64,000 nucleotides of DNA, taken from Macrostomum hystrix. Lineage: Eukaryota; Animalia; Platyhelminthes. Below the pieces are notes generated by a model that was not told where the DNA came from, did no database searches, and was given only the letters and a program-made list of their open reading frames with translations. The position numbers were made by a program, and so were the translations under genes. Shown one piece after another: positions 12,883 to 24,650 of this stretch. The DNA lies in NCBI GenBank assembly GCA_950097015.1, contig CATNEN010000029.1, forward strand, positions 2,976,001 to 3,040,000. The letters run 5' to 3'. Every line of letters begins with the position of its first letter. The stretch's first letter is position 1.

Positions 12883-13641
12883 TCAGTTAATAAACAGTCG
12901 CTCAACAGCGTCAACAGGCGAGCGGCATAGCGGACAGGCGACAGTGCGGGCTCGCGCGCCGTCGAAAAGTCGCCTAGCGCATGCCAGGCAGACTGGCACG
13001 TGGCGGCAAGGCGACAGTTTAACGCAGCGCTCTCGGCCCAGGCAGACACAGCAGGGCAGGCCGGCTGCGTCCGAGTCCGCTCCGTCTAGGCCGGACAGAT
13101 CGTACAGACAGCTGGCGCTGCCGACGCCGCCGCCGCCGAATGCCTTCGACGGTGTTGAAGCTGTCCAAGAAGATGATAGATCTACGCCGAATAATCTGCG
13201 CTCAACTAATTCAACGTGAAAATTTTCGCACTGCCGACGACCGTTGGCGTCGGTGCGCACGCGGACTCGCTTGCAGACGCTGACTAGAACCTCGGCGCCC
13301 GACTCTACCGGAACAGCGTGATCGTCGCTGTTGTTACTGGCGGGAATCGATTGATTGGCTGTTGAGGAGGCTTCGGAAGCCGCGCCGTCGACGCCGGCGT
13401 CAACAACGTCATTCTTACCGCCCAGGACGCGATTGTTGATGCCGCGCACCGTGTTCCGAGTCCCGGCAACTCGATTCCAATTGCCATAGACTTGGTTACC
13501 GTTGCCAGTGACCGTGTTGCGATGGCCCCAAACTCGATTAAGATTGCCAACAATATTGGCGTTGCAGATGAAAAACTCCGCATTGTTGGCCATCTTCACT
13601 CCGCCGGTGGTGTTGCTTGTTTCAGATTTTGCAGACGACAT
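12883..13641 (-). CDS. Intronless RING-HC (IAP/C3HC4_3-type) protein with N-terminal xxNxVxG beta-solenoid repeats (252 aa)
   Basis: C-terminal CCVC...LSPCRH..VCLACA...CPLCRSPV RING motif. Seven to eight heptads NLNRVWG/HRNTVTG/NGNQVYG/NWNRVAG/TRNTVRG/INNRVLG. Confidence 0.85.
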   Translation of the reverse strand: MSSAKSETSNTTGGVKMANNAEFFICNANIVGNLNRVWGHRNTVTGNGNQVYGNWNRVAGTRNTVRGINNRVLGGKNDVVDAGVDGAASEASSTANQSIPASNNSDDHAVPVESGAEVLVSVCKRVRVRTDANGRRQCENFHVELVERRLFGVDLSSSWTASTPSKAFGGGGVGSASCLYDLSGLDGADSDAAGLPCCVCLGRERCVKLSPCRHVPVCLACARRLFDGARARTVACPLCRSPVDAVERLFIN

Positions 13642-15369
13642 GCCTTCAACACTGGGACGCTTCAGAGTGCAATAGAAGGTCGCGTGCGGAGCAGCAACGC
13701 TCTGTCCTCCACCGCCAGATCCTGGAAGAAGTCGAAATTCGGGAAGTTAGGACTGCGGGGAAAGGCACATCATTGGTGTACACCTGCCTCTAAATATTTC
13801 ATTTCAACTGACAAGGGCGTAAATTGACGGACAAGCCCCAAATAAGTGTGACCTCGCCGCGGAATCGAGCTCAAAGAGTCAAAATTCAGAAAGCAATCAG
13901 AGTTTGGCAGAGTCAAATTACTCGAATGTTAGAACGGAACAAAATAAAATCAAATATGAGACAGTGAGGCTAGGGTCAAGCGAGGACACGCCGTGATGGA
14001 GGTTTTATGGCTAAAACAGTCCTTTTGCCGATCTAAGACAGCCGGAGTGAAATAAGAGGATGGAAAGAACAAACCAAGAGTGGAGAGAGACAGGAGTGCA
14101 AGAGGAGATTGGCAAATCCTGGGAAGAACCCGACTCTGTCTCTATAATATTTGACTTTCATGAATATGGAAAGCACAAGAAGAGATTAGATAAATAGATA
14201 TAAAAACTGGCAAGGCCCTGAGCACAGCGGATGGCAGGCGCAATGAACTGGCAGCTATATACTCGTATATATATACATATATAATGATTGCACAGACGGG
14301 ACAATCTAAATTTCAGTAGAGCGACTATAGGATTAAGTGTGCAGATAAGGCCGCAGTCCTTTCCAGATTATAACAGTCGGCAATGTACTTTATCTATAGC
14401 CAGGGCCGGCCCTGGTACAGGACGATAGAATGCAGACGCAATTATCGCCATAAGGCCGTAGGGCTTAGAAATTGAACCCCTCGAACCTGGCAACTGGATA
14501 GGCGGAGGCAATTGGCGATGGGAGTAAGGACTGCACACAATGCGGGTGAGGGTAGGGATTGACATAACCCAGACTGGGTTAGATTAATCTATATAGGAGA
14601 CTTAGTAGATATAGAGACGCGGTCGGGGTCGCGGGGGCCGGTGAGACGCCATGCACTTTTTGCACTAAAACAGCTCCTATCCACTTACCGGGGGTGGGTG
14701 GGAGATTTTATTTATTTACCGCCTTGCTTAGCAATCACACCTGAGGACGCCAGGTAGAGAGGCAAGGGGCCTATGACCCATTCGTTACTGTTTCAAATTC
14801 TGTGAGGAAATGTGTGAGAAGTTGAACTAGAAGCAAAATAAAGTGTAATTAACTATAGCAGTCTTAGCAGACAGATTCTTCGCGCATGACAGCCTGAGTG
14901 ACTAGACCCTTCATCAAAACAAGCGACTAGCGGAGTCGGCTAGACTGGGCCTGTGAAAGTCAAGAAGCATTCATTCTCCGGCCCGTGTCGAAATCGACAC
15001 GCAGCATGATGAAGCGAGAACAGGACTGACTGTGCTGTTTTCGATAAAAAAATTCCGGACAGTCTCCCAACTGAGTAGAAGAGGAGCTGAAACGCCATAG
15101 CCTCAGGGGGTTGAGGCTCAAAGAGAGCACACTGACAAGAGTAAGGCCTAACTCAATAAGCGAGCATAGACTGGTTTAAGCTGCGATAATCAGACTATTG
15201 CGTCTGAGCACAGTAAAGATAAAGAAGTTCAGATAGGGTACGGGCCTGTATTATGACTCTTGCATTGCTTGCTTTATCGTCGGCGAGACACGGAATTTTT
15301 CTCCCCAAAGTACAACTTTCTGTTGTACTTTTTTGCGCAGGGCATTTGTTAGACAATGGTTTTATCACA

Positions 15370-15660
15370 GCTGCCCTAAGTGGGCCAGATATGCAGCCGA
15401 TAGCACAGCCGCAGCTATTGCGCGGCGCATCTGATGGCTGCGTACGGCTGTTCAGTCCATGGACTGGGCCAAGGACTGAGCCACTAGTCCATGGTCGCCA
15501 TACTCTTCTTCAATTACCCCAGCTAATGCTGGGATACCCATTAAAAATGCTGAGTTAATTGTCTTGCTAAATGACACAAATAGTTCCACTGGAGTCAGGA
15601 ATCGAACCCCCGACCTTCAAGTCGTGAATCCGACGCTCTAACCACTAGGCTACAACCACC
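15370..15660 (-). mobile_element. tRNA-derived SINE (family B), near full length
   Basis: Head GGTTGTAGCCTAGTGGTTAGAGC...GGTTCGATTCC. Body CCAGCATTAGCTGGGGTAATTG...CATGGACTGAACAGCCGTACGCAGCCATC, shared with the other copies. Confidence 0.75.
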
Positions 15661-16739
15661 CAGTTGCCCAAATAATCAGTGACAAAAAAGAGAGAAAAAC
15701 GCGCACTAGGGACGCAGCAATACTTTCTCTTTTCTATTTTGTTGCTAAGCAATTGAATAGCACATTCAATTGGAGAATCGAAAATTTGTTTAATTATAGT
15801 CGCTGTATTGTGTCTGAAATGAGGTCTTTGTAAGGAAGATTTTCACTTCCAGCATTTCCAGGCAGGGCGTGAGTTTATAATCAGGCTAGTCTACTAGTCT
15901 GACAGCTTTTAGCCAACTTGAGAAAAAACGGAAGCCAGATAGAAGATCGATTACCTATATAAAGCGGTCTGCATTCACTAAATCTCATTTACTTACCCCG
16001 CTAGACCTAGGGATGAGACACAGATTGCTGAGGCTGGATTTAATTGGAAAATTGGCAATATAGGCAAGCTGAGAGAGAGAGAGAGCCGTTGCTTGTCTGT
16101 AAGTACCCACTAGAAGAAGAAAATGTTAATATGAGGCAGCAGCAGCAGCAGCAGAAGCGGACTAATAATAAGTGTAACGTTTGGTCAAGCCTGATCGTAT
16201 TTTTTCGACCCCTCAAATTTTTATAGCAACTCTCCCTCGCGGTGCCATTCGAGGGATTCTGCAGCCAGGCAGAATGAGTCTGATTGGCTAGCTGTGCTGG
16301 AAGAGAATTAGATCAGGAAAGAAGGGAAAGCCATGGAGGAATATTTGTGCCCTGGTCACTGCTAGCCTTTCCGTCATTAATTTTTGGTTGCCACCGAAAA
16401 CATTATTATTACGATCAACGTCAAACAAAAAATGTCAGGAAGCCAGGTACAAATGCCTGGAGAAAGCTATCTCTCTCCTATCTGCATCGAAACAAAGGGC
16501 ATTGGGACATTGAAAAAAAAATCGAAAGGAAACGAAGGAAAAAAGTATAGATTTTTAAAAACCACATTCGTAAGGATCCACTGTAACCGTTTCCCTTATT
16601 ACCTCATTCCCTACTGCCCTTTTCTACTTTTGGGCAAGTACGTTGGCGGCAAGCTAACTGTACTTGATGGGCCGAATAAAGAATCTAAAATATGACAGCG
16701 GGCTGGATTGATAGAGGAGAGACAAGACGGAGGAGAAAT

Positions 16740-17550
16740 AAGACAGGAAATATGAGACAGGTAAGAGATGAGACAGGTAAGAGATGAGACAGGGGAGAGA
16801 TGAGACAGGGGAGATATGAGACAGGTGAGGGTGAGACAGGTGAGGGTGAGACAGGTGAGGGTGAGACAGGTGAGGGTGAGACAGGTGAGGGTGGGGCAGG
16901 TGAGGGTGAGACAGGTGAGGGTGAGACAGGTGAGAGTGAGACAGGTGAGGGTGGGGCAGGTGAGGGTGAGACAGGGGAAGTGAGACAGGTGAGGGTGAGA
17001 CAGGTGAGGGTGGGGCAGGTGAGGGTGAGACAGGTGAGGGTGAGACAGGTGAGAGTGAGACAGGTGAGGGTGGGGCAGGTGAGGGTGAGACAGGTGAGGG
17101 TGAGACAGGTGAGGGTGAGACAGGTGAGGGTGAGACAGGTGAGGGTGAGACAGGTGAGGGTGGGGCAGGTGAGGGTGAGACAGGGGAAAGTGAGACAGGT
17201 GAGGGTGAGACAGGTGAGGGTGAGACAGGTGAGGGTGAGACAGGTGAGGGTGAGACAGGTGAGGGTGATACAGGGTGAGGGTGAGACAGGGGAAAGTGAG
17301 ACAGGTGAGGGTGAGACAGGTGAGGGTGAGACAGGTGAGGGTGAGACAGGTGAGGGTGAGACAGGTGAGGGTGAGACAGGTGAGGGTGGGGCAGGTGAGG
17401 GTGAGACAGGTGAGGGTGAGACAGGTGAGAGTGAGACAGGTGAGGGTGGGGCAGGTGAGGGTGAGACAGGTGAGGGTGAGACAGGTGAGGGTGAGACAGG
17501 TGAGGGTGAGACAGGTGAGGGTGAGACAGGTGAGGGTGATACAGGTGAGA
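16740..17550. repeat. 15-bp minisatellite (GTGAGGGTGAGACAG), preceded by GAGACAGGGGAGAGAT units
   Basis: About 48 copies, related to the 9299-12040 unit. Confidence 0.95.
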
Positions 17551-18519
17551 GTAAGCATAGGAAGAGGCCAGAGGCCAGATTCGGAAGCTTCGCATGAGCC
17601 AGATGCAATCCCGTATCTGGCCTGCTGACCCACTGTTCCAGGTCTTCACGTCTTTCTTTGTTGGAAGGTTTCTGGGTTCTTATCAACAAGAAGCTTCCAA
17701 ATCACATGATTAAGTGAGTCTTAATTGTGGCCCTTCTCAGCTTAGCCCAGTTACACGTTGGCCGGCTGCTAAAGCAATACAGAAACTCTCTAGCCTTGAA
17801 AATGTACACTATGTTGCTTAAAAAGCTGAAGTTCACTTCAAAAGCTGACGCTTGGCGACTAGGGTATGAAAGATGAATAACTGGCAGCTGACCATAATTT
17901 AAACCGAATGGGACTTGAATGAAAAATATCAAAATGCGTTTAGCTACCGCTGCAGCAGGGCATAACTTCCAGTTTCCTTGAACACAAGAAGCTTAACTGG
18001 TTCACTCTTTTCTTTGCAATAAGAATATTCTAAGGCTTACCATCTACTGCAACAGTCCAAGCGTCAGTCAACTATCCCCATCCGGGGGAAGAGGTCAGTC
18101 AACAATCGATGACGCTTCGGATGGATGGCAGAATCCACAAGGATATCCCAACCCCACTCCGCATTTCTAATTCCCCGAGAGCTTCCCTGGGGAGAAAAGT
18201 GACCGGAGTCGCCAGGACCTTTTCAGTTACCATCCGGAGGGGATAAGATGCGAGGGAAATCTAATTATAAAAGTACATTTAACTCCAGGCACCGGGAAGG
18301 ACATTCTGGAGTTTCACACCAAATCTTGCATTAGAAGACAAAATAAGCGGCCCATATAGTAGATTAGTAAAATTTGTGAAAGAAAACATTTTAATATTTG
18401 GATAATAAGACCCGTGCCCGGATGGAAATACAAATTTCTGTTCAGACACGACTGTGATAAGTGTTTGAAATTTTATGCCATGCATGACATTTTTTATTAC
18501 AGAAAATAGTAATGGACCC

Positions 18520-18672
18520 TCAATTACCCCAACTGATGCTGGTACCCATTTAACAGCTGGGTGAACTGAAGCAACGCCGAGACAAGTGTCTCGCCGAAGG
18601 ATACAAATTGTTCTAGTGGAGTCGGGAATCGAACCTTCGACCGTCGAGTCGTGAGTCCGTGAGCTACAACCC
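18520..18672 (-). mobile_element. SINE family B, 5' half
   Basis: GGTTCGATTCCC B-box, plus TTCACCCAGCTGTTAAATGGGTACCAGCATCAGTTGGGGTAATTG shared with the 15370 and 45815 copies. Confidence 0.7.
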
Positions 18673-19617
18673 TCTTGAGATGCATAATGGTAAGGATATA
18701 ACAGAGCAAAAACTGAAACAGATGGGAATTCCGACTCTCACAGCAGGGGTGCTAGAATATTTTAGAATCTAAACAGAAGGTAGGATTATCTAGGGATCTA
18801 AGCAGAGAAATAGGGTAACGGGTATAATTCTGTATTTTAGATGTTCAGAAATCTGAACTCTGGGAAATTTAGCTTTGGTGATATTTCCAATTGGCAAAAT
18901 ATTTTAGCGCGCCCAAGAGGCTGAGAAGGGAGGTAGGTGCAGAGGAGGTCACGCTTGGAGTCAATCCATTTCTTATCCACCGCTCCACCGGCCCAGGGCT
19001 CATCTAATCCCCTGAGCGAGGACTGAGCGGGTCAGCAAGCCCTAGCTTGCCCGAGCGTGCCCGTGAATCAGAAATGCTGTGTGCAGCTCAACTTCATATA
19101 TTAATATGATGAAAAGGAAAAGGCGATAGACTGTATCATGAAAGCAAAGAACGGGTGAGCTTCTTATTCCATTCTTCATCGATAGGCCAAACGGGAGGAG
19201 ACAGGATTTATTTGGAATCCACGATGAGAAATCTCTATATGAAATGTATAAAAAGAGCAAAATAGTATTACTGTGCGACCCAGACCCAATACCAGACCAC
19301 TCCTAATACTCGGCATCTCATGCGTACTACGAAAGGCGAAGTTTGCCTTGGAGAGTTTGGAATGGAATTTTTTCTGCATCCAGGAAGAAGCGACGAGAAT
19401 CGGTCAGGGTTGGACTCGGGACGTCCTTGAAGCTATTTTTTGCCTCAATTTTCCAGCAATGCTAGATAAGCGGATTATCTCTAGTCACTGAGCGACCGGC
19501 ATCCTACTCTGGCGCGCCCCGCCCCTCATCGAACTGTGCTGCCTGATAGGCAAGGCAGTTGTGGAATTCTAGGCATCTAGTTCTAGCCATAGCTATGGCT
19601 GTAGTATTTATAGGCAT

Positions 19618-19850
19618 CGCTGTTGAAGCTCAGTGGTTGGAACTCCAGACTTGTAACGAATAAGTCGGGAGTTCGAATCTCAACCATCAAAGGAATGCAA
19701 TTCATGTTTTCGTGCAAGAAACTTAGTTCCCTATTACTTCATTAAACCCAGCAGTTAAAAAAAACTGTAGAAAGGTTCAATATGGTTGTATTTGGTTGAC
19801 TGTGGCAGCTTCTGAGTGCCACTGGCTGTATATATGGCCCAACTGGGCTA
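19618..19850 (+). mobile_element. Degenerate SINE family B copy
   Basis: GCTCAGTGGTT...GGAGTTCGAATC head, ACCCAGCAGTTAAA central motif and ATATGGCCCAAC 3' motif. Confidence 0.5.
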
Positions 19851-22068
19851 GGTGTAAATTCTATCTATCATAGTGGCTTAGAAGAACAAATGCCTGAATA
19901 TATTATACATCATGAAAAAACACCCACAGAGAAATAGTGCAAGTTGTTTTTATTTACAAATACTTTAAAGAATAACATATAATATAAAAAGAATAAATGA
20001 CATACAAAATATTTAGACAACAAATATATATTAAGAGACTGTCTAAGACATAACATGCACACACATAACTATTTTTCTACTATAAACATTGATTAAAAGC
20101 ATGCTAGCAACACTTACTATTGATAACAGCCCTAACATATTTTTACAGGCACGTTGTATTAGTGCTTTAAGTTTTCAATTACTTTAATTTTTAATAGAAT
20201 GACTTCTCAATAAAAATTATTTAGGACTATAAGAATAAACATCAAAAATATACTAGAGATTTCTATAAGTTAAGGGGATATATGGTACTTACCAAGAAAC
20301 TACTCAGAATATGTAACTCCTATGCCTTTAAAATGATTTTGGTACACATTAACTTTGTTAAGTGCCTGATTTCTTGTTAGTTCTAAACATGTTAAAAATT
20401 ATTTAAGTTGCATAACTTTTATTTCTGTGCTTCAACTTTTCATTTTGTGGAAAATATTTTGGATAAGGTGCATGTAACCTTGTAGAATGGGTTGTAGAAT
20501 GATGGCATCTTTTCTTATATATCTACCTCACTTTTCTATTTTTTTCTATTCTTCTTTTTAGCTAAAGTGAAAGATACATAGAGAAGAAAGCTGGTATGAA
20601 AGAAAAAGATAATAAGATAATACATTATAGGTTGGTACAAAGTTGAACCTAAGTGCCAGTCATTTTGGTGACAGAGATTTTGATGACAAAACTTTATGGA
20701 ATATCTAAAAACCTATAGAACCAATAGACATGTGCTTAAAAATCAAGTGCAACTCATTTACTACACCTTAGCATGTGATATGATGAAATATTCCGAATAA
20801 ACATGTAATTATATTCTTAAATCCAGGAGGTAATTTTTATTTTCTGAACCACAATAAATTTTTCTGTAGCAATAGACAGAAATGGAGTACATAATATATG
20901 TAACAATGCTTATTAAATTTATGTTGTAGGAGTGACAAATAGCCATATAAAAGACAAATATATCTCAGGTATTGAAAAAGCATGATAATTGTAAATAGCA
21001 GTTGGGTCAGTTAGATTTTTATACATAAGTAGCTGGTTCCTTTTACAGAATGACTATGCAGCAAGGTTTCAAATAATGTTATATAGACCAGATTTATTTG
21101 CTTACTGATGCCCTGTCTAGTACATTGTATTCAACAATCCATAACACCACCACAAAAGAATCAGTGATTGAATTGTGTGGTTGCATGGTTGTAAGTCAAG
21201 TTCTATGGCTTAGTAACAAGTCACTGTTGAGAGACAAGATAGAAATCATTTTGGTGACATAAAAGTTGTTTGTTTTAGAAACAATAGGCCCCTAGTATTA
21301 AATTGACAACATTAAAATTTATTGAAGAGTAGATTTTATAAAAACAGACTGTAACTCTTTATATTTATAGAGTGGACTAGATGATTGATGATTCTGTATT
21401 ATAACAATTAGCAATCTTCTAGTTTTGCACGTTTAATTCAAACTGTTTAAAAAACGACAGTTAATGACAGTTTTGTATAACAACCAAGAAACAATGTGAC
21501 TAACAACCAATGAAAGATGACTGACAGTGTCTATGAGTCAATTGCATGTTACTCAGATGTCATAGGCCTAGTAGTATGCTCAGACGGCATAGGCCTAATA
21601 GTGTGCCACCCAGAAAAGGATGTTCCCAAAGGTGTTGTGCAAGTGTGCGCACTATTATGCCATCAGTAGAGTTTATGCCATCAGTTGAATTTAATGCCTT
21701 ACAATTATATTAATATTACTATAGTACAATGCACTACCATTTTGATGAAAAGGGGATAAGAAAGACTAAAAAATAACCAATGACATTTAAAATTAATAGC
21801 AACAAAAGTGCTAAATTATATATTAGTATGACATAGTATAAGTAAGCTACAAAAGCTCTATTGGTATATATTATATATTTTTACTTAGCTAGTTTCCAAG
21901 CATAATTGTTTTTGGATCAGTGAAAACAATTCTTGCTGCTTCATTCTAGGCTAGCTTAATTTTCCAAAACAGGGGCAGCCAGTGTTTAAAGAATGGTTTT
22001 TTATTAACGACTCGTTTTAGGTAACGAACATAATAATTCTAAAACATTCTAGGAAATTTGCGTGCCGT

Positions 22069-24520
22069 CACCCGTATATACACTTTTGACCGTATATACC
22101 ATGCAAAAACGGGCCAGTTTTGGCTAACATATCATGATATATGATATCGTAGCACGGTATCATAATGTAAAATGCATATCTCTTCCGCGCGATTTCAAAT
22201 GTCTTTCGGTTTACTGTACACAGCTCAGTATTTCTTTGGTTAGCTATGTAATTTTACTGAAATTTACTGTGCTAGCTCTAGGCTCTACTACTTTTCTCCA
22301 TTTTCACAGTGTATTTAGTTTTTTTCACTTTTAGCATGGAGATTCGCATACTTGGCCTAGTCTTATAGTAATAGCTACTATAATTAATATTATCATATAT
22401 AATTGACCTGTCTAATCATTGTGGTCTATTGAGCTAGGCTAATATTTTTTCTTACTATTATCTGTATGGTAGCAGGTAGCTAGGCTATTGCTATCTGAGC
22501 GAACAGGAAATATATTAGTATATGTAGTAGGCCTAATATATAACATATATATTATCTATGCTATATGGTACCAGTTATATAGCAAGCAAAGCAAGCAAAA
22601 AATGGTAGCTTTTAGATGCTGAAATGGTATAAACAGTATAATTCATACTGACTTTCGAATGGCTAATTGCCTAATACTATATGAATTGCTTGATATTTAT
22701 ATCTTTTTTCATTGACACTACTCTAGACCTAATACAAATTTGCTATTAGTTTCAGTATAAATATGAGTATAAATTTGTATTGTTGGTTTAAATATGATCT
22801 TTTTAATATAGGTTGTATACCTACAACATACCTACTGCTAGGGGTTGTAGCCTAGTGGTTAGAGCATTGGACTCATGACTTAAAGGTTAAGGGTTTGATT
22901 TGAGGGTTTACTAGCATTACCTAGGGTAATTGATTATGGGTATGGTGGCCTCCTAGTTCATGGACTGAACAGCCATATGTAGCCTTGATGTCCCTCTGAA
23001 CAACAGCTATCCTACTTTACTGCTATCCTATCCTCTCTGTTGGCCCTTCTTGCTGTCCTACATTCCCTGCTGCCCTATCCTCCCTACTGTCCTACCCTCC
23101 TTACTGCCCCACCCTCCCTGCTGCCCCACTCTCCCTCCCTACTGTCCCGCATTTCCTACTGGCCCTCCCTGCTTCACTACCCCTCCTTGCCCTACCCTCC
23201 CTGCTGTCCTGCCCTCCCTGCTAGCTCTACCTGCTGTCCTACCCTCCCTGCTGTCCCACCCTCCCTGCTGTGCTGCCCTCCCTGCTAGCCCTACCTGCTG
23301 TCCCACCCTCCCTGCTGTCCCACCCTCCCTGCTGTCCCACCCTCCCTGCTGTGCTGCCCTCCCTGCTAGCCCTACCTGCTGTCCCACCCTCCCTGTTGTC
23401 CCACCCTCCCTGCTGTCCCACCCTCCCTGCTGTGCTGCCCTCCCTGCTAGCCTTACCTGCTGTCCTACCCTCCCTGCTGTCCCACCCTCCCTGCTGTGCT
23501 GCCCTCCCTGCTGTCCCACCCTCCCTGCTGTGCTGCCCTCCCTGCTAGCCCTACCTGCTGTCCCACCCTCCCTGTTGTCCCACCCTCCCTGCTGTCCCAC
23601 CCTCCCTGCTGTCCCACCCTCCCTGCTGTCCCACCCGCCCTGCTGTGCTGCCCTCCCTGCTAGCCCTACCTGCTGTCCCAACCTCCCTGCTGTCCCACCC
23701 TCCCTGCTGTCCCACCCTCCCTGCTGTGCTGCCCTCCCTGCTAGCCCTACCTGCTGTCCCACCGTCCCTGCCGTCCCACCCTCCCTGCTGTCCCACCCTC
23801 CCTGCTGTCACACCCTCCCTCCCTGCTGTTCTGCCCTCCCTGCTAGCCCTAGTACCTGCTGTCCTGCCCTCCCTGCTAGCCCTACCTGCTGTCCAGCTCT
23901 CCCTGCTGTCCCACCCTCCCTCCCTGCTGTTCTGCCCTCCCTGCTAGCCCTCCCTGCTGTCCTGCCCTCCCTGCTAGCCCTACCTGCTGTCCAGCCCTCC
24001 CTGCTGTCCCAACCTCCCTCCCTGCTGTCCCACCCTCTCAGCTATCCAGCTATCTCTCCCTCCCTGCTGCCCCACCCTCCCTGCTGTCCCACCCTCCCTC
24101 CCTGCTGTCTCACCCTCCCTGTTGTCCCACCCTCCCTGCTGTGCTGCCCTCCCTGCTAGCCCTACCTGCTGTCCCACCCTCCCTGCTGCCCCACCCTCCC
24201 TGTTGTCCCACCCTCCCTGCTGTGCTGCCCTCCCTGCTAGCCCTACCTGCTGTCCCACCCTCCCTGTTGTCCCACCCTCCCTGCTGTGCTGCCCTCCCTG
24301 CTAGCCCTACCTGCTGTCCCACCCTCCCTGCTGTCCCACGCTCCCTGCTGTCCCACCCTCCCTGCTGTCCCACCCTACCTGCTGTCCCACCCTCCCTGCT
24401 GTGCTGCCCTCCCTGCTAGCCCTACCTGCTGTCCCACCCTCCCTGTTGTCCCACCCTCCCTGCTGTGCTGCCCTCCCTGCTAGCCCTACCTGCTGTCCCA
24501 CCCTCCCTGCTGCCCCACCC
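22069..24520 (+). repeat. Left TIR: ~1 kb unique segment plus ~1.4 kb C-rich modular minisatellite
   Basis: 22069-~23230 is the reverse complement of ~37430-38598. I found two internal substitutions, two 1-bp homopolymer indels and one mismatch at terminal position 3. The array of CCCTCCCTGCTGTCCCA-type units runs to ~24520. Confidence 0.93.
22841..23005 (+). mobile_element. Decayed family-B SINE embedded in the left TIR (mirror copy at ~37660-37824, -)
   Basis: GGGGTTGTAGCCTAGTGGTTAGAGCATTGGACTCATGAC head and CATGGACTGAACAGCCATATGTAGCC body match the 15370-15660 SINE. Confidence 0.75.
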
Positions 24521-24650
24521 TCCATGCTGGCCCAACCCTTCATTTTGTTGATACCCACCGTTTTTTGTTCTTCCCACCCTTCTGGCTCCGTCCCTCTACT
24601 GCTTTTTATTCTCTGAGATTTCATGTTTTTGCTCCACACTTTTCAGCACT

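Noticed and set aside
16611-17689. TCLTL / PHLSH / SPVSP and GETGE ORFs resembling antifreeze or collagen-like proteins
   Set aside because: All six frames are open because the unit is 15 bp. No signal peptide or splice context.
14040-18260. Short peptide-like stretches suggesting decayed retroelement ORFs (~14050-14200, ~17600-18000)
   Set aside because: No convincing RT, RNase H or integrase motif could be read.
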